A DNA stretch of 64,000 nt, from the NCBI GenBank assembly GCA_002269645.1, contig NIVC01000344.1, positions 124,001 to 188,000 on the forward strand. Direction: 5' to 3'. Source of the DNA: Macrostomum lignano. Lineage: Eukaryota. This document shows, piece after piece, positions 38,811 to 51,734 of the stretch. The number at the start of each line of letters is the position of its first letter. Positions within the stretch are counted from its first letter, which is position 1. The translations under genes and the position numbers were made by a program. The notes below the pieces were generated by a model that saw nothing but the letters and a program-made list of their open reading frames with translations, was not told the DNA's origin and searched no databases.

Positions 38811-39189
38811 GGAGCCAGCACAGTGAGTTCGGGTTCTGAGTGACTCTCATTTCGCTAAAAAAGTTCGAACAGTTCTCAGCCTCACTTACCCTGGTAAAAC
38901 CTCCCCCCTTACTCTCTACTCATCAATCTTCCCTTTATCCAGCTGCCGCAGCCTCATCCCGGTAGGAATTTCATTCTCTAAACCATCTCGCAAGTCGCTT
39001 AATTTCGATCGTTCCTCTGAACAAAAACGTTTCTCTAACCTATTTTTATCCATCCTACGGATCTACTTTCTATCCAACGCGCTTAGTACTTCATTTGTCT
39101 TGATAATAATATTAATTGCGGGAGGGCCCTGAGGCGATTCTGCTCAAACCACAGACTCCTGAGCACACGCAGGCCGCCAATACTGTGCT

Positions 39190-39300
39190 CAGGCACGCAG
39201 TCATACACTCGCTCACACAGGGTGTACATCAGCCCTGACTTTCTAATCGTCAGGCATGTACACTCTCTGTGCCTTGGGGGTTGGCCCTCACGAGTCATGG
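39190..39300 (-). mobile_element. SINE-like family B, 3' fragment
   Basis: GGCCAACCCCAAGGCACAGAGAGTGTACATGCCTGACGATTAGAAAGTCAGGGCTGATGTACACCCTGTGTGAG on the minus strand. Confidence 0.5.
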
Positions 39301-39604
39301 ATTTTTTGGTAATCGGTAAAATGTAATTTTTTCCCAAATTTGCACTGCATCTCTCTTGTTTAAGTGAGTCATTTGTCATCGCTATTTTGATCCTAGCTGA
39401 TTTCTGGTTTTTGCTCCGGCCCACTGGGGACCTCTCAGGTATGATGAATGCTGCTCTCAGTGTCCGTCGGTGATGAATGAGTCAGCCTTGTGTGCGGACT
39501 GTCTGTTGCTTGACACAATTTGGCTTTTAAAGCATTAACCAGTGAATACTATGCTCTGTTCTTAATCTGATTCACCGCACCTGATGTATCTACTATAACG
39601 GATT

Positions 39605-40003
39605 TGACACACTTTGGCGAGTCTGACACACTCGGTGTCTACGTCTGACACACTCAGTTTGTGAGTCTGACACACTCAGCTTGTGAGTCTGACACACTCA
39701 GTTTGTGAATCTGACACACTCAGCTTGTGAGTCTGACACACTCAGTTTGTGAGTCTGACACACTCAGTTTGTGAATCTGACACACTCAGCTTGTGAGTCT
39801 GACACACTCAGTTTGTGAGTCTGACACACTCAGTTTGTGAGTCTGACACACTCAGTTTGTGAATCTGAAACACTCAGCTTGTGAGTCTGACACACTCAGT
39901 TTGAGAGTCTGACACACTCACTTTGGCGAGTCTGACACACTCAGTTTGTAAATCTGACACACTCAGCTTGTAAATCTGACACACTCAGTTTGTGAATCTG
40001 ACG
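39605..40003. repeat. 22-bp minisatellite (GAGTCTGACACACTCAGTTTGT)
   Basis: About 18 units. Confidence 0.9.
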
Positions 40004-41004
40004 AACTAAAATAAAAAGCTAAAATAATCCCGAGAAATCAATTGATAAAGCATGCATAGGATTCAGTCGCCACAGTACCTTGGATAACAAGAAAGCAATG
40101 AGGGCAACTCAAAAGTCACAAACTAGCTGTCTGCTTAAGAGGTTAAATTAATTTGAACAGAGGTTTGCATGCGAGAGATTCTCGGCCCCCTTCTCGCTTG
40201 AATTGCCGAGGGGCTTCACTAGCGGGTAATCGGGAAAGAGGGAAGAGACAAGGAAAAATGAGAGGAAGATCGAACTTTGAGCGTTTGCTCTTGTTGAGTA
40301 TTTCTATGGTTGGAAGAATTTCTGCACTATAATCTCAAATTAGCATAGCCCACTGCGGAATCGAACCAGCGCACTTCTAGGCGGAGAAAGGGATCGGGGA
40401 AGCGAGAGTGACAGAGAGCCGGCCTTGTCGCCAGGTGGAAATCCTGGTGCTAAGAAAGATGACGGATTGACGATTGCGAGAGAAGTGAGGGACACGAGTG
40501 AGTGGGAGTTTTCCAGAGGCAGGAAGAGGAGATTGAAAAAAGTGGAGAACTTCCTGCTAATTAAAAGAGTCGAGAGCGCCTTCTGTAGGTGGAACTGGCC
40601 TTTATATTGCGCGATTTTTTATCCGATTGAGCCAGCGGTTCGGCTGTCGCTGCTATTCAATCATTTTCAGAGGAAGTGCAGAGACTGGCTCGGACTGAAG
40701 CTCGTAGCTGAAGTGTACACAGTCCAATTCATTATAGGGAGAGCAATTGAAACTGAGATCAAGGTCTCATCAATTCGTTTCGTCAGTTAAGTCGATAAAA
40801 AAGTGTGCGAGTATGTGGCTAAAAGACTTGTGGTTAACACCCAGCTTGTCTGCATACTTGTCTGCGCTCAGTAGACATGTCCAATCTGTCCAGAAGTTTG
40901 CATGGCCTTCGCATGGACAGCTTGAAGTAGAAGGGCCGTAGCCTGATGTGCCCAGAGCTAAATTGGAATCTCGGCCTGGCTCTGTTCGTGCAATTAAAGC
41001 CCCT

Positions 41005-41110
41005 ATAGGCCAACCCCAAGGCACAGTGAAGTGTACATGCCTTAACGATGAATAAAGTTAGGGTCGCTGTACACTCCTGTGTGAGTGTGTGCCTGTGCGT
41101 ATGACTGCGT
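41005..41110 (+). mobile_element. SINE-like family B, 3' fragment
   Basis: GGCCAACCCCAAGGCACAG...GTGTACATGCC...TGTACACTCCTGTGTGAG...TATGACTGCGT matches the copy at 39190-39300. Confidence 0.5.
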
Positions 41111-41235
41111 ACGTATCCGCGCGCTTGTGTGCCTGCTCAGGGGAGTCGGCGGAATGGGCAGCAATGCCTCTCGCCGGTTGTGCGACAATGTCGCTTGAAG
41201 TGCGCTTAAAAATTGCTTTAGAGAGTTATCTAGAA

Positions 41236-41525
41236 GGGGTTGTAGCCTAGTGGTTGGAGTGTCGGACTCACAACTAATAGGTCGGGGGTTCGATTCCCGA
41301 TCCCACGCAGAACAATTTGTGTCCTTGAGCAAGACACTGAACTCTGCATTGCTTCAGTTCATCCAGCTGTAAAATGGGTGCCAGCATTAGCTGGGGTAAT
41401 TGAGGCTGTGTGTGGCGACCCCCCAGTCCTTGGACTGAACAGCCGTACGCAGCCTTCAGATGCGCCGCGCAATAGCTGCGGCTGAGCTGTCGGTTGCACA
41501 TCTGCTCATTTTGGCAGGTGTATTC
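41236..41525 (+). mobile_element. tRNA-derived CORE-like SINE, copy 3
   Basis: A and B boxes and body near-identical to copies 1 and 2; (TTA)n tail absent. Confidence 0.88.
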
Positions 41526-41954
41526 AATTTTTAAACTGTACTGTACTGTAGTATAATACTGTGTATATTTTTAATATTATTATTTTTTTCAGAATGTACC
41601 GTTTTGTATTAGTGAAGTTTCTCTATAGACAATTCACTCGAGAAAATCCGTACTAGAAGAATCCAATTCTCTAGTGCATGCGACAAATACACGTTCCTTA
41701 TCGGCCTCCAGATTATTTATAAGAAAACCGAGCATAGCTTCCTAATTCTGTTGTTCATGGATCGTCGGTGTCTCTTATACTTTCTCCTGCAGATTATTGG
41801 AGGTTTAAGTAAAATTGATGATTGGCTGTTACCTCAAAAACAACTCTTGTTGGAAAAAGAGAACTAGTTTTACAGAGAACATTGCCTCTCCTCACACTCT
41901 TACTGTAATTGGATAAAACCATGTACATTTTCCTCTAATAACTGAACTCCCCTC

Positions 41955-42190
41955 TATCCCTCTGCCTCTCTTACCCCAATGTACTTGCTTTACTGTACAT
42001 TGCATCTCTCCTCTGTCCCTCAGCCTCTCTTACCCCGATGTACTTGGTTTACTGTACATTGCATCTCTCCTCTGTCCCTCAGCCTCTCTTACCCCAATGT
42101 ACTTGCTTTACTGTACATTGCATCCCTCTTCTGTCCCTCTGCCTCTCTCACCTCAATGTACTTGCTTTACTGTACATTGCATCACCCCTT
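41955..42190. repeat. 59-bp minisatellite (about 4 units)
   Basis: CCCTCAGCCTCTCTTACCCC...TACTGTACATTGCATCTCTCCTCTGT recurs at 42017 and 42076. Confidence 0.85.
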
Positions 42191-42465
42191 TACGAGCATA
42201 TCTTTGATAAGCCGATTCCACCAAGGATTAAGAGCCTTCTTTACTATAGTCTCTTACCCTTGCCTAGAAACCTATTTGGCTACAAGACTAATGTACGCAC
42301 ACGATTCGACTAATGTACGTTAACCCTATTGCAAAAATTGACTAAATTATTTTAATAAACAATCAAATCTTAATTTGTGTTTGGAAGGTTATGGAAACCA
42401 ATGCTTTGTTTTATATTATACCCATAATAAGTTATTAAAAGGTAAAACTAGCTCAACAAATAAGC

Positions 42466-42903
42466 TCAGTAAATGCGAAGATCCAGCCCGATGGTTTTGG
42501 CTATGTCAGTCTCCTGCCTGCTGCGATCGATGATGCGGCAGAACACGCACTGGGTCGCTCCCAGATTGCCAGCCAGGCTGAACGTCTTGCCGCAGGTGTC
42601 GCAGGCTTTCATGTGCACACCGTGCTGGGCGCGGCTCTCGGCCACGGCCGGCATTTCGTCCATTCGTTCCATGTTCCACAGGCGCAGGGTGGCGTCCTTC
42701 GATGCCGACATCATCCAGGCGCCGTCGGCGCTCAGGCTGACGTCTTCAACCCAGTCGTCGTGGCCTTGAAGGCGGATTTCTCTGATGCCGTTCTCGGCGT
42801 CCCAGACCATCACCGAGTTGTCGTAGGAGCCGCTGACGAGTTTAGCGCCGTCGGCTGACAGACAACAACTGCTGATGCTGCCCTCGTGGCTTTCCTCGAA
42901 GAT
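42466..42903 (-). CDS. WDR88: WD40-repeat protein (WDR88-like), exon 3
   Basis: SHEGSISSCCLSADGAKLVSGSYD...GHDDWVEDVSLS...SASKDATLRLWN...CDTCGKTFS...QCVFCR matches my recollection of the WDR88 C-terminus; TGA stop; acceptor position less certain. Confidence 0.85.
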   Translation of the reverse strand: MFEESHEGSISSCCLSADGAKLVSGSYDNSVMVWDAENGIREIRLQGHDDWVEDVSLSADGAWMMSASKDATLRLWNMERMDEMPAVAESRAQHGVHMKACDTCGKTFSLAGNLGATQCVFCRIIDRSRQETDIAKTIGLDLRIY

Positions 42904-42967
42904 CTTCAGGACGTTGCAGGGTGAAAAGTTGGTAGGAGTATTGTAGACTCTCTGCCATAGTACACTT

Positions 42968-44738
42968 TGACTCACTCATATAAACTCGCTCATATAAACT
43001 CGCTCATATAAACTCACTCATATAAACTCACTCATATAAACTCACTCATAGAAACTCATTCATATAAGCTCGCTCATATAAACTCACTCATATAAACTCA
43101 CTCATATAAACTCACTCATAGAAACTCATTCATATAAACTCGCTCATATAAACTCACTCATATAAACTCATTCATATAAACTCACTCATATAAACTCACT
43201 CATAGAAACTCATTCATAAAAACTCGCTCATATAAACTCACTCATATAAACTCGCTCATATAAACTCACTCATAGAAACTCACTCATATAAACTCACTCA
43301 TAGAAACTCATTCATATAAACTCGCTCATATAAACTCACTCATATAAACTCATTCATATAAACTCGCTCATATAAACTCACTCATAGAAACTCATTCATA
43401 AAAACTCGCTCATATAAACTCACTCATATAAACTCGCTCATATAAACTCACTCATATCAACTCACTCATATAAACTCGCTCATATAAACTCACTCATAGA
43501 AACTCATTCATATAAACTCGCTCATATAAACTCACTCATAGAAACTCACTCAAATAAACTCACTCATATAAACTTGCTCATAGAAACTCATTCATATAAA
43601 CTCGCTCATATAAACTCACTCATAGAAACTCACTCAAATAAACTCACTCATATAAACTTGCTCATAGAAACTCATTCATATAAACTCGCTCATATAAACT
43701 CACTCATAGAAACTCATTCATATAAACTCGCTCATATAAACTCACTCATAGAAACTCACTCAAATAAACTCACTCATATAAACTTGCTCATAGAAACTCA
43801 TTCATATAAACTCGCTCATATAAACTCACTCATAGAAACTCACTCAAATAAACTCACTCATATAAACTTGCTCATAGAAACTCATTCATATAAACTCGCT
43901 CATATAAACTCGCTCATATAAACTCACTCATATAAACTCGCTCATATAAACTCGCTCATAGAAACTCACTCATATAAACTTGCTCATATAAACTCACTCA
44001 TAGAAACTCATTCATATAAACTCGCTCATATAAACTCACTCATAGAAACTCATTCATATAAACTCGCTCATATAAACTCGCTCATAGAAACTCACTCAAA
44101 TAAACTCACTCATATAAACTTGCTCATATAAACTCGCTCATATAAACTCGCTCATATAAACTCACTCAAATAAACTCACTCATATAAACTCGCTCATATA
44201 AACTCACTCATAGAAACTCATTCATATAAACTCGCTCATATAAACTCACTCATAGAAACTCACTCAAATAAACTCACTCATATAAACTTGCTCATAGAAA
44301 CTCATTCATATAAACTCGCTCATATAAACTCACTCATAGAAACTCATTCATATAAACTCGCTCATATAAACTCACTCATAGAAACTCACTCAAATAAACT
44401 CACTCATATAAACTTGCTCATAGAAACTCATTCATATAAACTCGCTCATATAAACTCACTCATAGAAACTCATTCATATAAACTCGCTCATATAAACTCG
44501 CTCATAGAAACTCACTCAAATAAACTCACTCATATAAACTTGCTCATATAAACTCGCTCATATAAACTCACTCATAGAAACTCACTCAAATAAACTCACT
44601 CATATAAACTTGCTCATATAAACTTGCTCATATAAACTCACTCATAGAAACTCATTCATATAAACTCGCTCATATAAACTCACTCATAGAAACTCACTCA
44701 AATAAACTCACTCATATAAACTTGCTCATATAAACTCA
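42968..44738. repeat. 14-bp minisatellite (ATAAACTCRCTCAT) with 84-bp higher-order repeat
   Basis: About 125 units inside WDR88 intron 2. Confidence 0.94.
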
Positions 44739-45509
44739 GATGATCTATCGAACTTCTCACTTGCGGTTTGATTTATAAAAAATTATCAACTTTCAACTAA
44801 ACTATCCACAAGTATCATATCCCACAGCTCACTGGTCATTCCCACTCAATATGGCTTAGACTTTACTTAATTAGACTCCCGTTTCTAACAGCGCAATACC
44901 CTTAAAAACAGAAAATGCTTTTGCCACAGTTGGGCCTTATCGCATCGCTTCGCTAATGCATTGCAGTGAAAGTACATCTTGACCGCTATTAGAGGTCGGC
45001 AAGATGCGCGCGGCAGCTTGTACTCCGGTCAGCTGATAGGATTAGTCCCAGATAGAACAAAATGCATCAACTTTCTCTTGGGAAGAAAATAAAAACGCCG
45101 TAAAAGCCGACTACGTAGAGATGGGGAGATGGGAGGAAAGTAGAGGGGCGGGGCTTGTCCAGATTTTGGGAACAATTAGTTAACTAAAGACGCAAATCTG
45201 GGTCGGCTCTCCCTATAGCCCTGTCAGCTTAAAGTCGCTTGCAGCTTTAGCTGGGAATCAGGTTCGGCAGAATCTGATTTTAATAAATAATTAAAATCTC
45301 CCTCTTTCTTCGGTAATGACGGGGTCCTGTCAGACTGTGAATGCTCAGATGACATGACCATTGCCCCGGTGGGAAATGTCTAACTTTAGAGTTAAAAAGA
45401 TACTGCAAGTCTTTCTCTTGGATCCTTCAGTTATTACTTCAGTTTCTGATCAGAGAAATCGGCATTTTAAGGGCCACTCGTAACATCTTGACAGCGGAAA
45501 TGTTTTTTT

Positions 45510-45965
45510 AGTATTGTCAGATCTACCACAGGTCCGGCACATTCCGAATCTTGTCAGGTAAAATTAATTATCTTGTCAGACGTATTCTGTATCTTGTCAG
45601 GTAAAATTAATGATCTTGTCAGACACATTCTGTATCTTGTCAGACACATTCTGTATCTTGTCAGATAAAATTGATAATCTTGTCAGACACATTCCGCATC
45701 TTGTCAGGTAAAATTAATAATCTTGTCAGACGCATTTTGTATCTTGTCAGATAAAATTGACAATCTTGTCGGACATTCTGTATCTTGTCAGATAAAATTG
45801 ATAATCTTGTCAGACATTCTGTATCTTGTCAGGTAAAATTAATAATCATGTCAGACACATTCTGTATCTTGTCAAATAAATTTTAAAAGCATGTCAGACA
45901 CATTCTGTATCTTGTCAGATAAATTTTAAAAGCTTGTCAGACACATTCTGTATCTTGTCAGACAT
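45510..45965. repeat. ~21-bp minisatellite (ATCTTGTCAG core, two alternating units)
   Basis: ATCTTGTCAGACACATTCTGT alternating with ATCTTGTCAGRTAAAATTRATA. Confidence 0.85.
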
Positions 45966-46009
45966 TGTTGAACACTTAGCGATCTGGTCAAACAGTACTG
46001 CACACCCAC

Positions 46010-46309
46010 CTTAGGTCCCTGAGAGCGGTACATGCCGGTGGAGATGTCGTACATCAGGATCCGCTTGTCCCAGGAGCAGGTTGCTAAGCAACGCTCATCA
46101 GCTGATAGGCTGGCGGAGGAGACGGCATTTTTATGATCGGCAAAGGCCAAGGTGACGCCCATGGCCCTGAGATCGAACACCTTGCAGGTAAAGTCTAATG
46201 AAGTTGACAGAATCCGCCTGTCGCCCAGCATGAACCGGCAGCTGGTCAGGGTGGATCTGTGTACACCTCGGATGAGCTGCACAACACTGCAGGTACGAGT
46301 GTCCCACAC
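46010..46309 (-). CDS. WDR88: WDR88-like exon 2
   Basis: VWDTRT...HRSTLTSCRF...STSLDFTCKVFD...HKNAVSS...TCSWDKRILMYD; 300 nt, phase 0-0; cag / GTGGGT. Confidence 0.9.
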
Positions 46310-46434
46310 CTGGAATGGGGAATGGGGTTTAGGCTGCAACAATGAGTTGCAAAGCAAAAGCGGATGCGAGGAACTCGCATCCAGGAGTAAATGTACCAGC
46401 AGCCCAATGTACCAGGAGCTCAATGTACCAGGGG

Positions 46435-46716
46435 ATCAAAGTGACCTAAAATTCAAAGCAACCCTGAGCTCAAAGTGACCTAAAATTCGAAGCAACCCTG
46501 AGCTCAAAGTGACCTAAAATTCAAAGCAACCCTGAGCTCAAAGTGACCTAAAATTCGAAGCAACCCTGAGCTCAAAGTGACCTAAAATTCGAAGCAGCCC
46601 TGAGCTCAAAGTGACCTAAAATTCGAAGCAGCCCTGAGCTCAAAGTGACCTAAAATTCGAAGCAACCCTGAGCTCAAAGTGACCTAAAATTCAAAGCAAC
46701 CCTGAGCTCAAAGTGA
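46435..46716. repeat. 34-bp minisatellite in WDR88 intron 1
   Basis: About 8 units of TCAAAGTGACCTAAAATTCGAAGCAACCCTGAGC. Confidence 0.9.
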
Positions 46717-46735
46717 TGCTTCAAGCCTCGCCAAC

Positions 46736-47206
46736 CTGCATATTGTAGTCCAGATCTGAAGCCGTCACCAGCTGGCCACCGCCGTCGCCGCCAGAAAACC
46801 GGGCGTCGCTGACGATGCCGCCCAGCTCGCCGCGCCACAGCCGGGCGCCGGTCTCCAGGTCCCACACGGACAGGGCCTTGTCCCAGCCGGCCGAGACCGC
46901 CCGGCCGCCGTCGGGATCACCGCGGGCGCAGCTCAGCCTGGCGCCGGCGTGTCCGGTGAGGCAGCGCAGCTCCTTGCCGGTGCCGACGTCCCACAGGCGT
47001 GCAGTGCCGTCCCAGCTGGCCGACAGGCCGCAGGTGTCCTTGCGAATGAAGCAGCAGGTGCGCACGCTTCCGGTATGTCCGGACAGGATGGTCAGCTGGA
47101 TCTGCGCGTCCGTCTCTGAATCCGGCTGAGCTTCCGGTTGGGTTTGAGGGTTCACTTCCGGCTCCGCTCCAGGCTCGGCCGTCTCTTCTTCCAGCTCCGT
47201 CAGCAT
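46736..47206 (-). CDS. WDR88: WDR88-like exon 1
   Basis: ILSGHTGSVRTCCF...SASWDGTARLWD...SAGWDKALSVWDLETG; start at ATG 47206 (alternative in-frame ATG 47251); donor GTTGGC. Confidence 0.87.
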
Positions 47207-47277
47207 GAGTTTTTGTGAGCACTTTAGCTGTACGGAGAGTCGATCATGCATCAGTTGGTTGGTCACTGCAAACAAGC

Positions 47278-47512
47278 AATTGGGCACTGTCCTGACATCA
47301 AATTGGGCACTGTCCTGGCATCCTAATTGGTCACTGTCCTGGCATCCTAATTGGTCACTGTCCTGACATCCAATTTGGGCACTGTCCTGACATCCTAATT
47401 GGGCACTGTCCTGACATCCTAATTGGACACTGTCCTGACATCCGAATTGGACACTGTCCTGACATCCGAATTGGACACTGTCCTGACATCCGAATTGGAC
47501 ACTGTCCTGATA
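47278..47512. repeat. 24-bp minisatellite (TTGGACACTGTCCTGACATCCGAA)
   Basis: About 10 units just upstream of WDR88. Confidence 0.88.
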
Positions 47513-48183
47513 TGAAACTGGCCCCCTAAATTACCACAATTGGGATTTCATCCTTGTAGATGTTTCAAAGCTCTTATCTGGCCGGGGATTTTACAGAACA
47601 TAATCTAACTCGTTGTTGACTAGTTAGCCGAGAAAGAATAAAGTTCAAAACAACAAATGACTTGTGTGCGTTTGTGTGTGTGTGGCGCGTTGAAAACTGG
47701 CCAAGAAAGTTTAAGAGGATCGATCGAGAAGCGGATTTTATTTAGCCAAAAAAGTTTCAGTTCGACACATTTGGGTACAATACGAAAAGTCGTACATTTT
47801 CTGAGTTACACTAATGTTAGTAGAAAGTATTGTGTGTAAGGGGCAACAGTCTATAAGCAATATTTTGTTCACTTTCTTTCCGAATTAATTATATAACATG
47901 AGTAGCTCGAAAGGATTCAGGCATCTATTCAATCAGTGCACGTGTACTTAAAAGTTCAATAAATACAAGCGCACTTTTATAGTGCACATGTACCTTCAAT
48001 AAGTGCACGCACACTAAAAGTAGCCTGCGTATTTTGAAGCAGTACGTGTGCACTATTTTAGTACACTTGCACTAAATAAAGGAACACTTCTTCTGCCTGC
48101 CTCCTTCCGAATCAACCTACTCAGAGATGCCGCAGTTATATAGGAGTGCAAAACTGAAAACCTGAAAGTTTCTACTTGTACAG

Positions 48184-48642
48184 CTACGAGGCCTTCTTGC
48201 CCGAGCCCGGCTTGTCCACTGCCGCCGCCGGCGCCGCCGCCTTCGCTGCCGCCGCCGCCTTCGCTGCCGCCGCCGCCTCCGCGGCTTTGGCGGCTTCAAC
48301 TGCGGCGGCCTCTGCGGCGCGACGTCGCTCGGCCTCCTCGGCGGCCAGGACGTGCGCCGGCGGGCGTCGATTCACCGGCCGCCGGGAGGCCAGGGTCTCG
48401 GGCGGCCGGTCGGCCAGCGGCTTCTTCAAGTCGTCGTTCTTGCGCACCTCCTTCCAGGTGAGCAGGTTTCTGGTCGATTGAGGAGTTGCCGCGCGAAGCT
48501 GCTCGGTGTAGGGGGACAGGAAGGAGAAGGCCTGGCTGATGCCGTACTGCATCCGGGTCAGGTAGATGTCCTCCTTGTCCTGCAGGGTGCGGGCCACGCT
48601 GAAGGCCTTGCTGAAGTAGTCAGCGGCGCGCTGGAACTCGCC
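48184..48642 (-). CDS. TTC29: TPR protein TTC29-like, last exon
   Basis: GEFQRAADYFSKAF...TRMQYGISQA...NLLTWKEVR, then Ala-rich tail; TAG stop. Confidence 0.88.
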   Translation of the reverse strand, partial: GEFQRAADYFSKAFSVARTLQDKEDIYLTRMQYGISQAFSFLSPYTEQLRAATPQSTRNLLTWKEVRKNDDLKKPLADRPPETLASRRPVNRRPPAHVLAAEEAERRRAAEAAAVEAAKAAEAAAAAKAAAAAKAAAPAAAVDKPGSGKKAS

Positions 48643-48784
48643 CTGGGATGTCATGGTTGAGTGACGGATAAGAGTTCATAAACCTGGTCTTCGCAATCAG
48701 TAAGTTTCATCTTACTACTTTAGGTTAGTACTTTACTAGCACACTTTCTTTCTATACATATCGCCTTTGACAGTTTTGTATTGT

Positions 48785-48925
48785 TCGTTACATATCGGCT
48801 TTATTTCTACAGTTTTCATACTTTTCGATACATATCGGTTATATTTCTATAGTTTTCATACTTTTCGATACATATCGGTTTTATTTCTGTAGTTTTGTAT
48901 TTTTCGATACATATCGGATTTATTT
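48785..48925. repeat. 40-bp repeat (about 4 units)
   Basis: TACATATCGG recurs at 48789, 48829, 48869 and 48909. Confidence 0.8.
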
Positions 48926-48954
48926 CTCAGCCAGATGGTTTTCGAAAAAATCAA

Positions 48955-49763
<809 letters not shown>

Positions 49764-49813
49764 GCGCAGAGATGTACTTTCTATTTAAACGTCTCGAAGT
49801 CCGTCTATCTCAC

Positions 49814-49934
49814 CTGTTTGTTGAAAGCGGCGCCAAGCCCGCGACAGGCGCGGCTAAAAAGCCGATCCTGCTTGCCCTCCGTGACCTTGGCAAACTCTTC
49901 CAGGTATTTCACGCTGGTCTCCGCCTTGCCCTGC
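49814..49934 (-). CDS. TTC29: TTC29-like exon 5
   Basis: (K)QGKAETSVKYLEEFAKV...ACRGLGAAFNKQ; 121 nt; not in the ORF track, found from splice signals. Confidence 0.87.
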
Positions 49935-50013
49935 CTGTTGAAGCGCAAAAGTTCATTAGTGGCGGAATGAATACTGAATGGTGCAGTAGTTGTTCGTCAG
50001 TAAGGCTACTCAC

Positions 50014-50105
50014 TTCTCGTAGGCCGTGGCCAGAGCCTCGCAGGCCAAGCCGAGCTGCTCAGGGTCATCCAACTTTGAGGCCAATTGATAGAACTCTTTG
50101 TAGAA
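50014..50105 (-). CDS. TTC29: TTC29-like exon 4
   Basis: FYKEFYQLASKLDDPEQLGLACEALATAYE(K); 92 nt; 79-nt intron to exon 5. Confidence 0.87.
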
Positions 50106-50162
50106 CTGCAGTGTAGCAGACATGTAGGGTGAGCGATGAAGGCTAGATACAGGAGGAAACAC

Positions 50163-50895
50163 GACTCAAACCCAACAGACACCCTACTCAAACCCAACAG
50201 ACACCCTACTCAAACCCAACAGACACCCTACTCAAACCCAATAGACACCCGACTCAAACCCAACAGACACCCTACTCAAACCCAACAGACACCCTACTCA
50301 AACCCAACAGACACCCGACTCAAACCCAACAGACACTCTACTCAAACCCAACAGACACCCTACTCAAACCCAACAGACACCCTACTCAAACCCAACAGAC
50401 ACTCTACTCAAACCCAACAGACACCCTACTCAAACCCAACAGACACCCGACTCAAACCCAACAGACACCCTACTCAAACCCAACAGACACCCGACTCAAA
50501 CCCAACAGACACTCTACTCAAACCCAACAGACACCCTACTCAAACCCAACAGACACCCTACTCAAACCCAACAGACACTCTACTCAAACCCAACAGACAC
50601 CCTACTCAAACCCAACAGACACCCGACTCAAACCCAACAGACACTCTACTCAAACCCAACAGACACCCTACTCAAACCCAACAGACACCCTACTCAAACC
50701 CAAGCGACACCCTACTCAAACCCAACAGACACTCTACTCAAACCCAACAGACACCCTACTCAAACCCAACAGACACTCTACTCAAACCCAACAGACACCC
50801 TACTCAAACCCATCAGACACTCTACTCAAACCCAACAGACACCCTACTCAAACCCAACAGACACTCTACTCAAACCCAACAGACACCCGACTCAC
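50163..50895. repeat. 22-bp minisatellite (CTCAAACCCAACAGACACCCTA) filling TTC29 intron 3
   Basis: About 33 units abutting the donor site. Confidence 0.93.
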
Positions 50896-51374
50896 GTGCA
50901 GGGCTGTGTCGGGCTTATCAATTCTGTCGAACACGTTGCCCAGGTGGTGAGCGCACCGAGCCTCCAGGAAAGTATTTCCGCTCTCCTTGGCGATGCTGTG
51001 AGCCTTCTGCAGCAGCTCGCGGGCGGCTTCATCTGGCAGCTGGTCGCTCCTGCTGATGTGCACCCTGGCCAGGGCTTCGCAAGCCACCCGGTGAAGACCT
51101 TTGCCGTCGCGCTGCACCCAGGCGTCCTGGCCCCGGGTCCGGTCGTAGAACACGGCGAAGTGGGTCATGGCCTCCTCTAGGCGGCCGCCCCTCTCCATGG
51201 CCATGCCTTTGTTGTAATGCGCCTCGGCCAGTTTGCGGCCACCGTCGCCCTGGACTAGCGGCCCGGACCGGAGGCAGCGATCGTAGTAGTGGTCCGACAG
51301 CCACTTGTCGTTGGGCTCCTCTTCGAAGTAGTGCGCCAGGTACAGGTAAGCCTCGTAGGCCGCGAGGTGGTCAC
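50896..51374 (-). CDS. TTC29: TTC29-like exon 3
   Basis: YLAHYFEEEPNDKWLSDHYYDRC...DGGRKLAEAHYNKG...ACEALAR; cag / GTGAGT. Confidence 0.92.
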
Positions 51375-51439
51375 CTGAGTAAAATAAATTGAATAAATTA
51401 ATCTTTGTGAATGCCTGTGAGGCACCCTGACAAAACACA

Positions 51440-51650
51440 GGCACGCATTTATGCACATGCTCACACAGGGTGTACAGGCCCCTTGACTTTCTAATCGTTA
51501 GGCATGTACACCTCTGTGCTCGAATCGCACGACAACCCGCCGGCCAATTTTCGTGGATACGGGTCCCAAATGAATTTGTTTGTGCACGGAATTGAACCAG
51601 GGGTCGTGTAGCGCGGATTTAGACGCGTTTAGCGCTGAGTTGCTCTGCCT
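51440..51650 (-). mobile_element. SINE-like family B copy with tRNA-like head
   Basis: B box GGTTCAATTCC (51598-51588) upstream of the shared GTGTACATGCCTAACGATTAGAAAGTCA...TGTACACCCTGTGTGAGC segment. Confidence 0.55.
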
Positions 51651-51734
51651 CCACACTCGGTCACGTGAGTAAAGTACAATTGGGAATATAAATAGGCCCT
51701 AGCACTTAGCAGAGTTAATAATACAATGTACACT

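Noticed and set aside
39440-39585. Possible C/D-box snoRNA (ATGATGA and GTGATGA, then CTGA boxes)
   Set aside because: No convincing terminal stem outside the boxes, no host gene on that strand, and no recognisable guide
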